Shown piece after piece: positions 53,281 through 63,497 of a stretch of DNA of 64,000 nucleotides. Below the pieces are notes generated by a model, which did not search any database, was not told the origin of the DNA, and saw only the letters and a program-made list of their open reading frames with translations. How positions within the stretch are numbered: position 1 is the stretch's first letter; every line of letters starts with the position of its first letter. The stretch comes from Bosea sp. (in: a-proteobacteria) (GTDB taxonomy: Bacteria; Pseudomonadota; Alphaproteobacteria; Rhizobiales; Beijerinckiaceae): assembly GCA_023910605.1 (NCBI GenBank), contig JAAVVV010000001.1, forward strand, positions 422,698 through 486,697, in the 5' to 3' direction. A program made the translations under genes and the position numbers.

Positions 53281-54108
53281 ATGAGAAGCTATTTCCACCT
53301 CCACCTCGTTTCTGACGCGACAGGCGAAACCCTCATCGCCATCAGCCGCGCGGCTGCTGCCCAGTATGAGGGCGTATCCGCCATCGAACATGTCTACCCG
53401 CTGGTGCGCTCCACCACGCAGCTCGAGCGCGTGTTGAGCGAGATAGAGACCGCGCCTGGCATCGTGCTTTACACGCTGGTTGATTCCGCCCTGTCCGAGC
53501 GGCTCGAGATCTTCTGCGCGCAGGTCGGCTCACCGTCCATGTCGATCCTGAACCCGATCCTGAACCTGTTCCAGTCCTATCTTGGCGCGGCGTCATCAGC
53601 CCGACCCGGCGCACAGCACATGCTGAACGCCGAATACTTCAAACGAATCGACGCCATGAACTTCACCATGCTGCACGATGACGGGCAGATGACCGATGAT
53701 CTCGAGAGCGCCGACATCGTCCTGCTGGGGGTCAGCCGCACGTCGAAGACCCCAACCAGCATCTATCTCGCCAATCGCGGCGTGCGCACCGCCAATATCC
53801 CCCTGGTGCCGGGCGTGCCGCCCCCGCCTCAGCTCGAGGCCTTGCGCAAGCCGCTGGTCGTCGGCCTCGTCGCCGCGCCGGAGCGCATCGTGCAGATCCG
53901 GCAGAACCGGCTGCTCTCGCTCAACGCCAGCGATGACAGCTCCTATGTCGATCACGACGCGGTGGCCGCCGAAATCGCCACCTCCCGCAAGCTCTTCGCC
54001 CGGCGTGGCTGGCCTGTCATCGACGTGACCCGCCGGTCGATCGAGGAGACCGCGGCGGCGATCCTCGATCTGCTGCGTGATCACCGCCTCAAATTCATCG
54101 CGATGTGA
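53281..54108 (+). CDS. ppsR: PEP synthase / pyruvate phosphate dikinase regulatory kinase-pyrophosphorylase
   Basis: [41 protein letters not shown] and [11 protein letters not shown]. Confidence 0.93.
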   Translation: MRSYFHLHLVSDATGETLIAISRAAAAQYEGVSAIEHVYPLVRSTTQLERVLSEIETAPGIVLYTLVDSALSERLEIFCAQVGSPSMSILNPILNLFQSYLGAASSARPGAQHMLNAEYFKRIDAMNFTMLHDDGQMTDDLESADIVLLGVSRTSKTPTSIYLANRGVRTANIPLVPGVPPPPQLEALRKPLVVGLVAAPERIVQIRQNRLLSLNASDDSSYVDHDAVAAEIATSRKLFARRGWPVIDVTRRSIEETAAAILDLLRDHRLKFIAM

Positions 54109-54767
54109 CGGGTCTGCCGATCATGACGCTTCCGAATCGATCCCCCGGCCTCTGGCGCGAGCCTGCCGCGATGGTCCTCGCCTCCGGGAGCGCGACCCGC
54201 CGCGACATGCTGCACAGTGCCGGCTTGCCGCTCGATGTGCGCCCGGCTGATTTAGATGAGCGCGCCCTTGAGGCCGCGCTCGGGCATGACGCGGCGCCCG
54301 AAGCTGTCGCTGCCGCGCTCGCCGCCGGCAAGGCGCGCGCCGTCGCCGCGATGATGCCCGGCCGGATCGTGCTCGGCGCTGACCAGACGCTGTCCTGCGA
54401 AGGTCGCCGCTTCCACAAGCCCGCCAATGGCGCCGAAGCGCGCGCGCAGCTCGAAGCCCTGGCCGGACGCCGGCACAGCCTCGCCTCCGCCTACGCGCTC
54501 GTGCGCGACGGCCATCTCCTCGCCAGCGGACACGCCATCGCCCATTTGACGATGCGGCCCCTGAAGCCGGGTTTTCTCGACGCCTATCTCGACGCTTGTC
54601 TTGCCGCTGCGGGCGATGCGCCGCTCGCCAGCGTCGGCGGCTATCAGCTCGAGCGGCTGGGCGCCCATCTCTTCAGAAGCGTCGAAGGAGACCACTTCAC
54701 CATTCTGGGCCTGCCTCTGCTCGCGGTGCTCGATGCGCTGCGGGCGCTCGGCGCGCTGGAGAGCTGA
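54105..54767 (+). CDS. maf: Maf family nucleotide pyrophosphatase
   Basis: [21 protein letters not shown] and [11 protein letters not shown]. Confidence 0.92.
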   Translation: MTGLPIMTLPNRSPGLWREPAAMVLASGSATRRDMLHSAGLPLDVRPADLDERALEAALGHDAAPEAVAAALAAGKARAVAAMMPGRIVLGADQTLSCEGRRFHKPANGAEARAQLEALAGRRHSLASAYALVRDGHLLASGHAIAHLTMRPLKPGFLDAYLDACLAAAGDAPLASVGGYQLERLGAHLFRSVEGDHFTILGLPLLAVLDALRALGALES

Positions 54768-54787
54768 ACAATGACACGAGCTGAGAC

Positions 54788-55648
54788 ATGACCCGCCAGT
54801 GCTTCGTCGCCGGTTTCCCCATTTCGCACTCCCGCTCGCCGGCCATCCATGGCTTCTGGATCGCCGAACAGGGCCTCGATGCCCGCTATTCGGCGATCGA
54901 GGTGAAACCTGAGCAATTGCCCGCGCTGCTCCAGCGCGTCCGTGAAGGCGAGTTTGTGGGCGGCAACCTGACCATACCGCTCAAGCAGGCTGCGGTGCCG
55001 CTGCTCGACCAGATCACGCCCGAGGCTGGCGCCATGGGCGCGGTGAACACCATCTGGATGGAGGACGGCCGGCTCTGCGGCGCCAACACCGATGTGCCCG
55101 GCTTCTTCGCCCATCTCGATGAAAGCGCACCCGGCTGGGATCGCGCGGCGCCGGAGGTTCTGGTGCTGGGCGCTGGCGGCGCGGCCCGCGCCATCGTCTA
55201 TGGCCTGCTGCGCCGCAAGGTTTCGCGCATCATCATCGCCAACCGTTCGCTCGAGCGCGCGCAGGCGCTGATCCGGTCGCTGGCCGGGCCGGGCCTGCCG
55301 CCTGCCGACGCCATCGCCGGCCTGCCCGATGCCGCCCTCGTCGCCCGTTGCGGCCTCGTCATCAACACCACCTCTCTGGGCATGAAGGGCCAGCCGCCGC
55401 TGACGCTGGACTGGCCCGCGCGGCTCGATGGCGTCGTGGTCAACGACATCGTCTACGCCCCCCTCGAGACGGAGCTGCTGGCGGGAGCCCGCGCCCGCGG
55501 CGCCCTCGGCGTCGATGGCCTTGGCATGCTGTTGCATCAGGCGGCGCTGGCCTTTGGCCGCTGGTTTGGCGCGGTGCCGGCCGTCAGCCCGGCCCTGCGT
55601 GCGCTGATCGAGGCGGATCTCGCCCCGAAGGCGGCGGCGCGCCCGTGA
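54788..55648 (+). CDS. aroE: shikimate dehydrogenase
   Basis: [30 protein letters not shown] and MLLHQA. Confidence 0.95.
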   Translation: MTRQCFVAGFPISHSRSPAIHGFWIAEQGLDARYSAIEVKPEQLPALLQRVREGEFVGGNLTIPLKQAAVPLLDQITPEAGAMGAVNTIWMEDGRLCGANTDVPGFFAHLDESAPGWDRAAPEVLVLGAGGAARAIVYGLLRRKVSRIIIANRSLERAQALIRSLAGPGLPPADAIAGLPDAALVARCGLVINTTSLGMKGQPPLTLDWPARLDGVVVNDIVYAPLETELLAGARARGALGVDGLGMLLHQAALAFGRWFGAVPAVSPALRALIEADLAPKAAARP

Positions 55649-56265
55649 CGACGCCGCAGACCTATGTGCTCGGCCTCACCGGCTCTATCGGCATGGGCAA
55701 ATCCACGACGGCCGCGATGTTCCGGGAGCTGGGCTGCCCGGTCCATGATGCCGACGCCGTAGTCCATGACCTTTACGAAGGCGAGGCGGTGGGGCCTGTG
55801 GCGGCCCTGCACCCCGACGCTGTGGTGGACGGACGCATCGACCGCGCCGTCCTGGCAGGTCAGGTCATCGGCCAACCGGCGCGGCTGGCGGCGCTGGAGG
55901 CCATCATCCATCCGCTGGTGCGCAAGCGCGAGGAGGCTTTTCTTGCCGCAGCCCGCGCCCGTGGCGAGCCGCTGGTGATCCTCGACATCCCGCTGCTTTA
56001 CGAGACCGGTGGCCAGTGCCGCTGCGACGGCGTCGTCGTGGTCAGCGCCCCTGAAACGGTGCAGCGTGCCCGCGTGCTGGCGCGGCCCGGCATGACCGAG
56101 GCGAAGCTCGACGGCATCCTGGCCCGGCAGATCCCCGACGCCGAGAAGCGCGCCCGGGCGGACTTCGTTGTGGACGCGGGCAGGGGCCCGGATGTCGCGC
56201 GCGGGCAGGTTCAGGCTATCGTCGATCAGCTGAAGGGCGCGCGGCGCCGGGGAGACGGGCCATGA
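55645..56265 (+). CDS. coaE: dephospho-CoA kinase
   Basis: [28 protein letters not shown] and DIPLLYE; GTG start overlaps the aroE stop. Confidence 0.95.
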   Translation: MTTPQTYVLGLTGSIGMGKSTTAAMFRELGCPVHDADAVVHDLYEGEAVGPVAALHPDAVVDGRIDRAVLAGQVIGQPARLAALEAIIHPLVRKREEAFLAAARARGEPLVILDIPLLYETGGQCRCDGVVVVSAPETVQRARVLARPGMTEAKLDGILARQIPDAEKRARADFVVDAGRGPDVARGQVQAIVDQLKGARRRGDGP

Positions 56266-56990
56266 GCCGCGAAGTGGTGCTGGATACGGAAACGACCGGG
56301 GTCGATGCCCGCAACGGCGACCGCATCGTCGAGATCGGCTGCGTCGAGCTGGTCAATCACTGCATCACGGGGCGCAGCTTCCACTGCTACCTCAACCCGC
56401 AGCGGCCCATGTCGGAGGGCGCCTTCGCCGTGCATGGGCTGTCGGATGCCTTCCTGGCCGACAAGCCGGTCTTCGCCGACATGGCGCACGAACTCGTGGC
56501 CTTTCTGGGGGATTCGCGGCTCGTCATTCACAACGCGCCCTTCGATGTGGGCTTCCTGGACATGGAGTTCGGCCGTGTCGGGTTGCCGCGCCTCGACGGG
56601 CAGCGCATCATCGACACGCTGGTGATGGCGCGTCGGCGCCATCCCGGCGCGTCGAACAGCCTCGATGCGCTGTGCGCGCGCTATGGCATCGACACGAGCC
56701 GGCGCGTCAAGCACGGCGCCTTGCTCGACGCCGAGATCCTGTCCGATGTCTACATCGAGCTCATGGGCGGCCGGCAGGCCACATTCGGGCTGGCTGCGGC
56801 GCCGCAGCGCCGACAGGGCGACGAGCAAGGTGCGATCGCCCAGGAGGCGCGCCCCGTGCGGGCTGCGCCGCTTGCGCCGCGCCTGACCGAACAGGAAGCC
56901 GCGGCCCATGCCGCCTTCGTGGCGACGCTCGGCCCGGCCGCGCTGTGGAACGACTATGCGGAGCCCGCGCCCCAGGCGGAGGCCCGATAG
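56262..56990 (+). CDS. dnaQ: DNA polymerase III epsilon subunit
   Basis: [15 protein letters not shown] and [10 protein letters not shown] exonuclease motifs. Confidence 0.96.
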   Translation: MSREVVLDTETTGVDARNGDRIVEIGCVELVNHCITGRSFHCYLNPQRPMSEGAFAVHGLSDAFLADKPVFADMAHELVAFLGDSRLVIHNAPFDVGFLDMEFGRVGLPRLDGQRIIDTLVMARRRHPGASNSLDALCARYGIDTSRRVKHGALLDAEILSDVYIELMGGRQATFGLAAAPQRRQGDEQGAIAQEARPVRAAPLAPRLTEQEAAAHAAFVATLGPAALWNDYAEPAPQAEAR

Positions 56991-56999
56991 GTTTCGGCC

Positions 57000-57485
57000 T
57001 CAGGACGTATGGGCGGAAGCGCCCGGAGCCGGCATCTCGGCCATGCGCTGCTGATAGAGCGCCGCGAAATCGACCGGATCGATGTAGAGGGGCGGGAAGC
57101 CGCCATTGCGCACGGCGTCCGCCACGATCTGGCGCGCGAAGGGGAACAGAAGGCGCGGGCATTCGATCATGACCACCGCGCCCATGTGCTCGGGCGGTAT
57201 GCCGAGGATGCGGAACACGCCGGCATAGGACAGCTCGAACATGAACAGCGTCTCGCCGGCGATCTCCGCCTTGCCTTCGAGCGTCAGAACCGACTCGATG
57301 TCGGTGTCGCTGAGCTGGGAGGCGCCCACATTCACCTGAAGCTGGATCTGCGGACTCTGCTGCTGCTGGCCGAACACGCGCGGCGCGTTGGGGTTCTCGA
57401 ACGACAGATCCTTTACATACTGCACGAGCGCGGAAAGCGTGGGTCCAGCCTGCTGGGCCGCGCCGTTGGTTGCATCATTGGCCAT
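57000..57485 (-). CDS. secB: protein-export chaperone SecB
   Basis: QYVKDLSFENP, ELSYAGVF, ECPRLLFPFAR and PIDF-like PVDFAALY. Confidence 0.95.
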   Translation of the reverse strand: MANDATNGAAQQAGPTLSALVQYVKDLSFENPNAPRVFGQQQQSPQIQLQVNVGASQLSDTDIESVLTLEGKAEIAGETLFMFELSYAGVFRILGIPPEHMGAVVMIECPRLLFPFARQIVADAVRNGGFPPLYIDPVDFAALYQQRMAEMPAPGASAHTS

Positions 57486-57752
57486 GGGTGTCGCCGTCAC
57501 GAAAGGGGTTGATCGCATCCGGATCGGTGGGGACTCGCCCGTCGCAACCCGTCGCCGAGCGCGGCTAGCACGATACGGCCAGCGCCACAAGAAATCCCGA
57601 GCAGGATGCAAGGTGACGCAGCCCTCGCGCGCACCCTTCGGCTTGTGACCATCGGCGGTGGATGTTACGAGGCAGGCGCACCATATGAGGCTTTCAACAA
57701 GCCCGGGACCGATGGCGATGTCGGTTCGACCTGATGGCGGGATCAAAACGAC

Positions 57753-58445
57753 ATGCAAGGCTCCATCGACGTCTTCACCCTGATCTTCCTGGCTCTGGCG
57801 GTCTTCGTCGCGTGGAAGCTGCGGTCCGTGCTTGGCCAGAAGACGGGCCATGAGCAGCCCCCGGCCGATGTCTTCCAGAAGAAGACGCCTCCAGTCACCA
57901 GCGAAGGCAATGTCATCCGCCTGCCCGGCGCCGCCGCCAATGACGCCGCCGCCGAGGCGGCTTTTCGCTGGGCCGGCGTCGCGGCGCCCGGATCGGCCGT
58001 GGCCGCCGGGCTCGACGCCTTCACGCGCGAGGAGCGCGGCTTCGACGCGAAGGGCTTCCTCGAAGGCTCCAAGGCCGCCTACGAGATGATCGTCATGAGC
58101 TTCGCCAAGGGCGACCGCACGACGCTGAAGGGCCTGCTTTCCAGGGAAGTCTTCGAGGACTTCGATCAGGCGATCGCCGAGCGCGAGAAGCGCAACGAGG
58201 TGGCGCACACCACCTTCGTCTCCATGGACGAGGCCGAGATGATCGGAGCCGAGCTGAAGGGCAGGATGGCCTTCGTCACCATGCGTTTCTCGCCCAAGCT
58301 GATCAGCTCGGTGAAGGATGCCTCGGGCCAGATCGTCGAGGGCTCGGACAACGTGGTCGACGTCACCGAAACCTGGACCTTCTCGCGCCAGCTGGGCTCT
58401 CGCGATCCGAACTGGCTGCTGGTCGCGACCGAATCCGGCGCGTGA
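57753..58445 (+). CDS. Tim44/TimA family membrane protein
   Basis: N-terminal TM, LRSVLGQKTG, F...KAAYEMIV.SFAKGDR..L..LLS and WTFSR...SRDPNWLLVAT. Confidence 0.9.
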   Translation: MQGSIDVFTLIFLALAVFVAWKLRSVLGQKTGHEQPPADVFQKKTPPVTSEGNVIRLPGAAANDAAAEAAFRWAGVAAPGSAVAAGLDAFTREERGFDAKGFLEGSKAAYEMIVMSFAKGDRTTLKGLLSREVFEDFDQAIAEREKRNEVAHTTFVSMDEAEMIGAELKGRMAFVTMRFSPKLISSVKDASGQIVEGSDNVVDVTETWTFSRQLGSRDPNWLLVATESGA

Positions 58446-59605
58446 CCGGACGGTGGCTGGCAGGCGCGGTCGTGACAGCCATGATCGGCGCTGCCAGTGC
58501 TGACGCAGCCCCGCCCGCGATTGCCGGCGCACTCCTGGCTCAGGCCTCCTTCGAAGCCCTCCCCGGCTGGGCCGATGATCGCCATGATCTGGCCTTCGAC
58601 GCTTTCCGCAAGGGTTGCGCCGCCCGGCCATCCTTGCGGACCGCGCTTGCGCCGCCCCCCTCCCTGTCAAGAATCTGCGACGCCGCGCTCGCCCTGGCCC
58701 GCCCGGGGCCAGCCGAGGCGCGCGCCTTCTTCGAGCGCTGGTTCAGGCCCTGGCTCATCCGCCCAAACCAGGGGGAAGGCTTCCTCACAGGTTATTTCGA
58801 GCCCGTGTTTCCCGGCTCGCTGCAACCCGCCCCTGGCTATCCCGTCCCTCTCTACGGTCGTCCGCCCGATCTGGTGACGCTCGAGCCGGGAGCGCCGCGC
58901 CCGCCCGCCCTCGAAGGGCTCCAGGCGGCTATGAGACTGCGCGACGGCACGCTTTCGCCCGCGCCCACCCGGCAGGACATCGACGAGACCACCGTCTCCG
59001 CCGCCTGGCCCGTCATCGCCTGGCTGCGCGATCCGGTGGACCGCTTCGTCATGCAGGTGCAGGGCTCTGCCCGGCTGAGCCTGCCTGACGGGCAGGTGGC
59101 GCGCATCGCCTATGCCGGCCGCAACGGCCACCCTTACGTCTCGCTCGGCCGCCTTCTGTCGCAGCGCGAGGCCATTCCGCCGGCTCAGATGACGATGGAC
59201 CGGCTCGTTGCCCGCCTCAAGGCCGATGCCGGCTGGGGCCGCGCGCTGATCTGGAACAACCCGTCCTTCGTCTTCTTCCGCCTTGCCGATGAGCTTGACC
59301 CGGCCGAGGGCCCCATCGGCGGGGCAGGCGTTCCCCTGACGCCCCATCGCAGCATCGCGGCCGACCGCAGCCTTTGGCCTTACGGGCTGCCGGCATGGCT
59401 GGATGGGGAGGCGCCCACGCCGCGCCGCGGCGAAAGCGAGGCGTTGCGCCGCCTCGTCATCATCCAGGACACCGGCTCGGCCATTCTCGGCCCCGCCCGC
59501 TTCGACCTGTTCTATGGGTCAGGCGATGAAGCCGGCTTCATCGCAGGGCTCACGCGCCATGCCGTGACCGCCCATGTGCTGTGGCCACGCACGGACGCGC
59601 CATGA
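58442..59605 (+). CDS. mltA: membrane-bound lytic murein transglycosylase A
   Basis: TGYFEP, MQVQGS, YAGRNGHPY, NPSFVFF and QDTGSAI.G..RFD.F.GSG. Confidence 0.92.
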   Translation: MTGRWLAGAVVTAMIGAASADAAPPAIAGALLAQASFEALPGWADDRHDLAFDAFRKGCAARPSLRTALAPPPSLSRICDAALALARPGPAEARAFFERWFRPWLIRPNQGEGFLTGYFEPVFPGSLQPAPGYPVPLYGRPPDLVTLEPGAPRPPALEGLQAAMRLRDGTLSPAPTRQDIDETTVSAAWPVIAWLRDPVDRFVMQVQGSARLSLPDGQVARIAYAGRNGHPYVSLGRLLSQREAIPPAQMTMDRLVARLKADAGWGRALIWNNPSFVFFRLADELDPAEGPIGGAGVPLTPHRSIAADRSLWPYGLPAWLDGEAPTPRRGESEALRRLVIIQDTGSAILGPARFDLFYGSGDEAGFIAGLTRHAVTAHVLWPRTDAP

Positions 59606-60168
59606 TGCGCAGGCGGCGGGATCGTTCGCTCTCCGGTGAGGAAATCGCCCTGTGGAGCCATGTGGCCCGCTCGGTGAGGCCCCTGTCCGGGCGCACGCTG
59701 CCCCAGCCCGAGGCGCCCGCCAGGTCAGTTGCGCCCGAGGCTGCCCAGCCTGCTGCCCCAGCGCCCGGGCTCGCTGCGGCTCCGGCGCCCGCCAGACCGG
59801 CTCTGGCCCCGCTGGTCCCGCTCGAACGGCGCACGCTGACCGCGCTGCGGCGCGGACGCCAGCCGCTCGAGGCGGTGCTGGATCTCCATGGCCTGCGGCA
59901 GGCCGAGGCACATGACCGCCTGCGCGGCTTTCTCCTGCGCGAGCAGCGCCGCGGCGTTCGGCTGGTGCTCGTCATCACCGGCAAGGGCGCGGCAGGCTCG
60001 ACGCCGGGCGGAGAGGAACGGGGTGTGCTCAAGCGCATGGTGCCTCACTGGCTGCGGATGGCCGACATGCGCCCCATGGTGCTCGGCTTCGAGGATGCGG
60101 CTTTGGGCCATGGCGGATCGGGTGCGCTCTATGTGCGCCTGCGCCGGCTTAGGGATGACGCCCCGTGA
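59602..60168 (+). CDS. stand-alone Smr/MutS2 domain endonuclease
   Basis: LDLHG, VITGKG and HGGSGALYV. Confidence 0.9.
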   Translation: MMRRRRDRSLSGEEIALWSHVARSVRPLSGRTLPQPEAPARSVAPEAAQPAAPAPGLAAAPAPARPALAPLVPLERRTLTALRRGRQPLEAVLDLHGLRQAEAHDRLRGFLLREQRRGVRLVLVITGKGAAGSTPGGEERGVLKRMVPHWLRMADMRPMVLGFEDAALGHGGSGALYVRLRRLRDDAP

Positions 60169-60521
60169 CGCCTTTTGGTGCGCGCGTGCGCCAGATCCGC
60201 GAGCGGCAGGGCCTTTCCCTTCAGGATTTCGCCGCGCGCCTCGGCGTCTCCAGCGCCTACATCTCGGCACTGGAGCATGGCAAGCGCGGACGCCCCGGCT
60301 TTGCGCTGGTCCAGGGCGTGATCCACGCGCTCGGCGTGATCTGGGACGAGGCGGATGAGCTCGTCAGGCTGGCCGATCTGTCTGACCCGCGCATCGTCAT
60401 CGACACGGCCGGGCTTGACCCTGCCGCCACCTTGCTTGCCAACCGGCTGGCGCGCGAAATCCGCGACCTGGACGCCGCCGCCATCGACCGCCTGCTCCGC
60501 GCCCTCGACCGGGGCGGTTGA
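60165..60521 (+). CDS. XRE family HTH transcriptional regulator
   Basis: MTPFGARVRQIR...LGVSSAYISALEHGKRG. Confidence 0.9.
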   Translation: MTPFGARVRQIRERQGLSLQDFAARLGVSSAYISALEHGKRGRPGFALVQGVIHALGVIWDEADELVRLADLSDPRIVIDTAGLDPAATLLANRLAREIRDLDAAAIDRLLRALDRGG

Positions 60522-60623
60522 TTCACGCTTGTTGACCGCAAAGCCTGCGAATGCGACAGGGCGGGTCAGGCAAACGCCCATCCTTGCGCCGATCCCAGCT
60601 GCCACCCTTGCCGCGAGCCGCTC

Positions 60624-61622
60624 ATGAACTCCCACCGCTACGACGTCCTTGCGCTCGGCAACGCCATTGTCGACGTGATCGCCACCGCCGAGGATGATTT
60701 CCTGGTCGCCCATTCCATCCACAAGGGCGGCATGACGCTCATCGACCAGGACCGCGCCGAGGCGCTCTATGCCGCAATGGGACCTGGCCGCGTGGTCTCG
60801 GGCGGCTCGGCCGCCAACACCAGCGCCGGCGTCGCCTCGCTGGGCGGTTCGGCCGCCTTCATCGGCAAGGTGCGCAATGACGAGCTTGGCCGGCTCTATC
60901 GCCATGACCTCACCGCTGCGGGCGTCGCCTTCCATACGCCGGACGCAACCGGGGGCCCGACCACGGCGCGCTGCCTCATCGCCGTGACGCCCGATGGGCA
61001 GCGTTCGATGAGCACCTATCTGGGCGCGTGCCAGGGCCTCGGCACATTGGATGTCGAAGCCGATCTCGTGCGCGCTTCCGCCATCGTCTATCTCGAGGGC
61101 TACCTGTGGGACCCGCCGGCCGCGAAGGAGGCTTTCCGCAAGGCCTCCCAGATCGCCCATTCGGCCGGAAGCAAGGTGGCGCTCACCCTGTCCGACGCCT
61201 TCTGCGTCGATCGCTGGCGCGACGAATTCCTCGGCCTGATCCGCACCGGCGTTGTCGACATCGTCTTCGCGAACGAGCACGAGCTTCACAGCCTTTACCA
61301 GACGGCCGACATGGACACGGCGATCACGGCGCTGCGCGCGGAGAACATCCTTGGCGTGGTCACCCGCTCCGCCGACGGGGCCATGGCGGTGACGCGCGGC
61401 GAGACCATCGCCGTGCCGGCCTATCCGGTGGAGCGGCTGGTGGACACCACCGGCGCCGGCGATCTGTTCGCCGCCGGCTTCCTGTTCGGCCATGCCGGCG
61501 GGCGCGACCTGCGCGATTGCCTGCGCCTCGGCGCGCTCGCGGCTTCCGAGATCATCTCCCATATCGGGGCGCGGCCGGAGCAGAACCTGCGCCAGCTCGC
61601 GGCCCAGAACGGCCTGATCTGA
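60624..61622 (+). CDS. PfkB family adenosine kinase
   Basis: GNAIVD, GGSAANT, YLEGYLWD, FANE and DTTGAGDLFAAGFL. Confidence 0.9.
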   Translation: MNSHRYDVLALGNAIVDVIATAEDDFLVAHSIHKGGMTLIDQDRAEALYAAMGPGRVVSGGSAANTSAGVASLGGSAAFIGKVRNDELGRLYRHDLTAAGVAFHTPDATGGPTTARCLIAVTPDGQRSMSTYLGACQGLGTLDVEADLVRASAIVYLEGYLWDPPAAKEAFRKASQIAHSAGSKVALTLSDAFCVDRWRDEFLGLIRTGVVDIVFANEHELHSLYQTADMDTAITALRAENILGVVTRSADGAMAVTRGETIAVPAYPVERLVDTTGAGDLFAAGFLFGHAGGRDLRDCLRLGALAASEIISHIGARPEQNLRQLAAQNGLI

Positions 61623-61653
61623 CGGCTGGACCGGCAAGAGGAGGACGAGGCCG

Positions 61654-62799
61654 ATGAACCAGATCTTCGCGAACCTGCCGACCACCGTCTTCGAGGTGAT
61701 GTCGCGCCTCGCCCGCGAGCACGCCGCGGTCAACCTCGGCCAGGGCTTTCCCGACGATCCGGGCCCCGAGGATGTCCGAGCGAAGGCGGCCGAGGCCGTG
61801 ATGTCGGGCTGGAACCAGTATCCACCGATGATGGGCCTGCCCGAACTGCGCGCGGCCATCGCCGCGCATTATCGTCGCTGGCAGGGCCTCGATCTCGACC
61901 CGGAGCGCGAGGTGATGGTGACATCGGGCGCCACCGAGGCTCTGGCAGGCGCGCTGATGGCGCTCATCGAGCCGGGCGACGAGGTGGTGCTGTTCGAGCC
62001 CATGTACGACGCCTACGTGCCGCTGGTGCGCCGCGCGGGAGGAATCCCGCGCTTCGTCACGCTCAAGCCGCCGCATTTTCGACTGACGGAGGAGGCCCTG
62101 GCTGCCGCCTTCTCCCCACGAACGCGCCTGTGCCTGTTCAACAACCCGCTCAATCCGACAGCGACGATCTTTCCCGACGAGGACCTCGACCTTCTGGCCG
62201 CCTGGTGCCAGCGCTGCGACGCCATCGCCGTCTGCGACGAGGTCTGGGAACATGTCGTCTTTGACGGCGCGCGCCACCGCTCCGTTATGGCGCGGCCGGG
62301 CATGCGCGAGCGCACGATCAAGATCTCCTCGGCGGGCAAGATCTTTTCGCTCACCGGCTGGAAGGTCGGCTTTGTCATGGCCGCGCCCGAGCTGATGCGC
62401 GTTTTGTCCAAGGCGCACCAGTTCCTCACGTTCACGACGCCGCCCAACCTGCAGGCTGCGGTGGCTTATGGGCTTGCCAAGGGCGACACCTATTTCGAAG
62501 ACATGCGCGCCGGCCTCCAGCGCTCGCGCGACCGCTTCGCCGCTGGTCTCGCGGGCCTTGGCTTCGATGTGCTGCCCAGCGCGGGAACCTATTTCCTCAA
62601 CATCGACATCAATGCGCTGGGCGAGAGCGACGACACGGCCTTCTGCGAGCGGCTTGTGGCCCGCCATGGCGTCGCCGCCATTCCGGTCAGCGCCTTCTAC
62701 GCCGAGCGCGCCGTCACGAACGTCGTGCGCTTCTGCTTTGCCAAGCGCGACGAGACACTGGATGCCGCGCTCGAACGGCTGGCCGCGCTGAAGCGCTGA
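61654..62799 (+). CDS. class I/II PLP aminotransferase, YbdL-like
   Basis: NLGQGFPD, NNPLNP, CDEVW, SAGKIFSLTGWKVG and RFCFAK. Confidence 0.9.
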   Translation: MNQIFANLPTTVFEVMSRLAREHAAVNLGQGFPDDPGPEDVRAKAAEAVMSGWNQYPPMMGLPELRAAIAAHYRRWQGLDLDPEREVMVTSGATEALAGALMALIEPGDEVVLFEPMYDAYVPLVRRAGGIPRFVTLKPPHFRLTEEALAAAFSPRTRLCLFNNPLNPTATIFPDEDLDLLAAWCQRCDAIAVCDEVWEHVVFDGARHRSVMARPGMRERTIKISSAGKIFSLTGWKVGFVMAAPELMRVLSKAHQFLTFTTPPNLQAAVAYGLAKGDTYFEDMRAGLQRSRDRFAAGLAGLGFDVLPSAGTYFLNIDINALGESDDTAFCERLVARHGVAAIPVSAFYAERAVTNVVRFCFAKRDETLDAALERLAALKR

Positions 62800-62834
62800 C
62801 GATCGCCGATGCGGGCCGGCCCGGTTCGCTTTTG

Positions 62835-62863
62835 GCTGGAAAGCCTGCGCGCGCGCGCTTATA
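62835..62863 (+). promoter_or_regulatory. putative RpoH promoter of nfuA
   Basis: CTGGAA-N16-CTTATAT versus the rhizobial RpoH consensus CTTGAA-N16-CCTATAT; the spacer contains (GC)6. Confidence 0.45.
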
Positions 62864-62920
62864 TCAGGCGCAGAGGGCTTCGCCGGCCTTGAACCGGCTG
62901 GACGCTACGGAGATCAGACC

Positions 62921-63481
62921 ATGTTCATCCAGACGGAAGCCACGCCGAATCCGGCGACCCTCAAATTCATTCCAGGCCGCACCGTGATGGCCGAAGGCAC
63001 GCTCGACATGCGCGACGAGGGCAGCGCGGCGCGCTCCCCTCTGGCCATCCGCCTTTTCGGCGTGCCCGGCGTCAGCGGCGTCTTCTTCGGCTCCGATTTC
63101 GTGACCGTGACCAAGGCGGCCGGCGAATGGCAGCATCTCAAGCCGGCCATTCTGGGCGCCATCATGGAGCATTTCATGTCCGGCCAGCCCATCGTGGTCG
63201 GGGCCGCACCGGAAACCTCCGAGGAGGATGGCGAATTCTTCGAGGAGAAGGACGCCAGGACGGTCGAAACCATCAAGGACCTGCTGGAGACGCGCATCCG
63301 CCCTGCCGTGGCGGGCGATGGCGGCGACATCACCTTCCGCGGCTTCAGGGATGGCATCGTCTTTCTGGCGATGAAGGGCTCGTGCGCGGGTTGTCCCTCC
63401 TCGACGGCGACGCTCAAGCACGGCATCCAGAACCTTCTGAAGCATTTCCTGCCGGACGTGCGCGAAGTGCAGCAGATCTGA
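62921..63481 (+). CDS. NifU/NfuA family Fe-S cluster carrier
   Basis: MFIQTEATPNPATLKF, RPAVAGDGGDI and GSCAGCPSS (CxxC). Confidence 0.93.
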   Translation: MFIQTEATPNPATLKFIPGRTVMAEGTLDMRDEGSAARSPLAIRLFGVPGVSGVFFGSDFVTVTKAAGEWQHLKPAILGAIMEHFMSGQPIVVGAAPETSEEDGEFFEEKDARTVETIKDLLETRIRPAVAGDGGDITFRGFRDGIVFLAMKGSCAGCPSSTATLKHGIQNLLKHFLPDVREVQQI

Positions 63482-63497
63482 GCCGCGGCCCGGGCCG

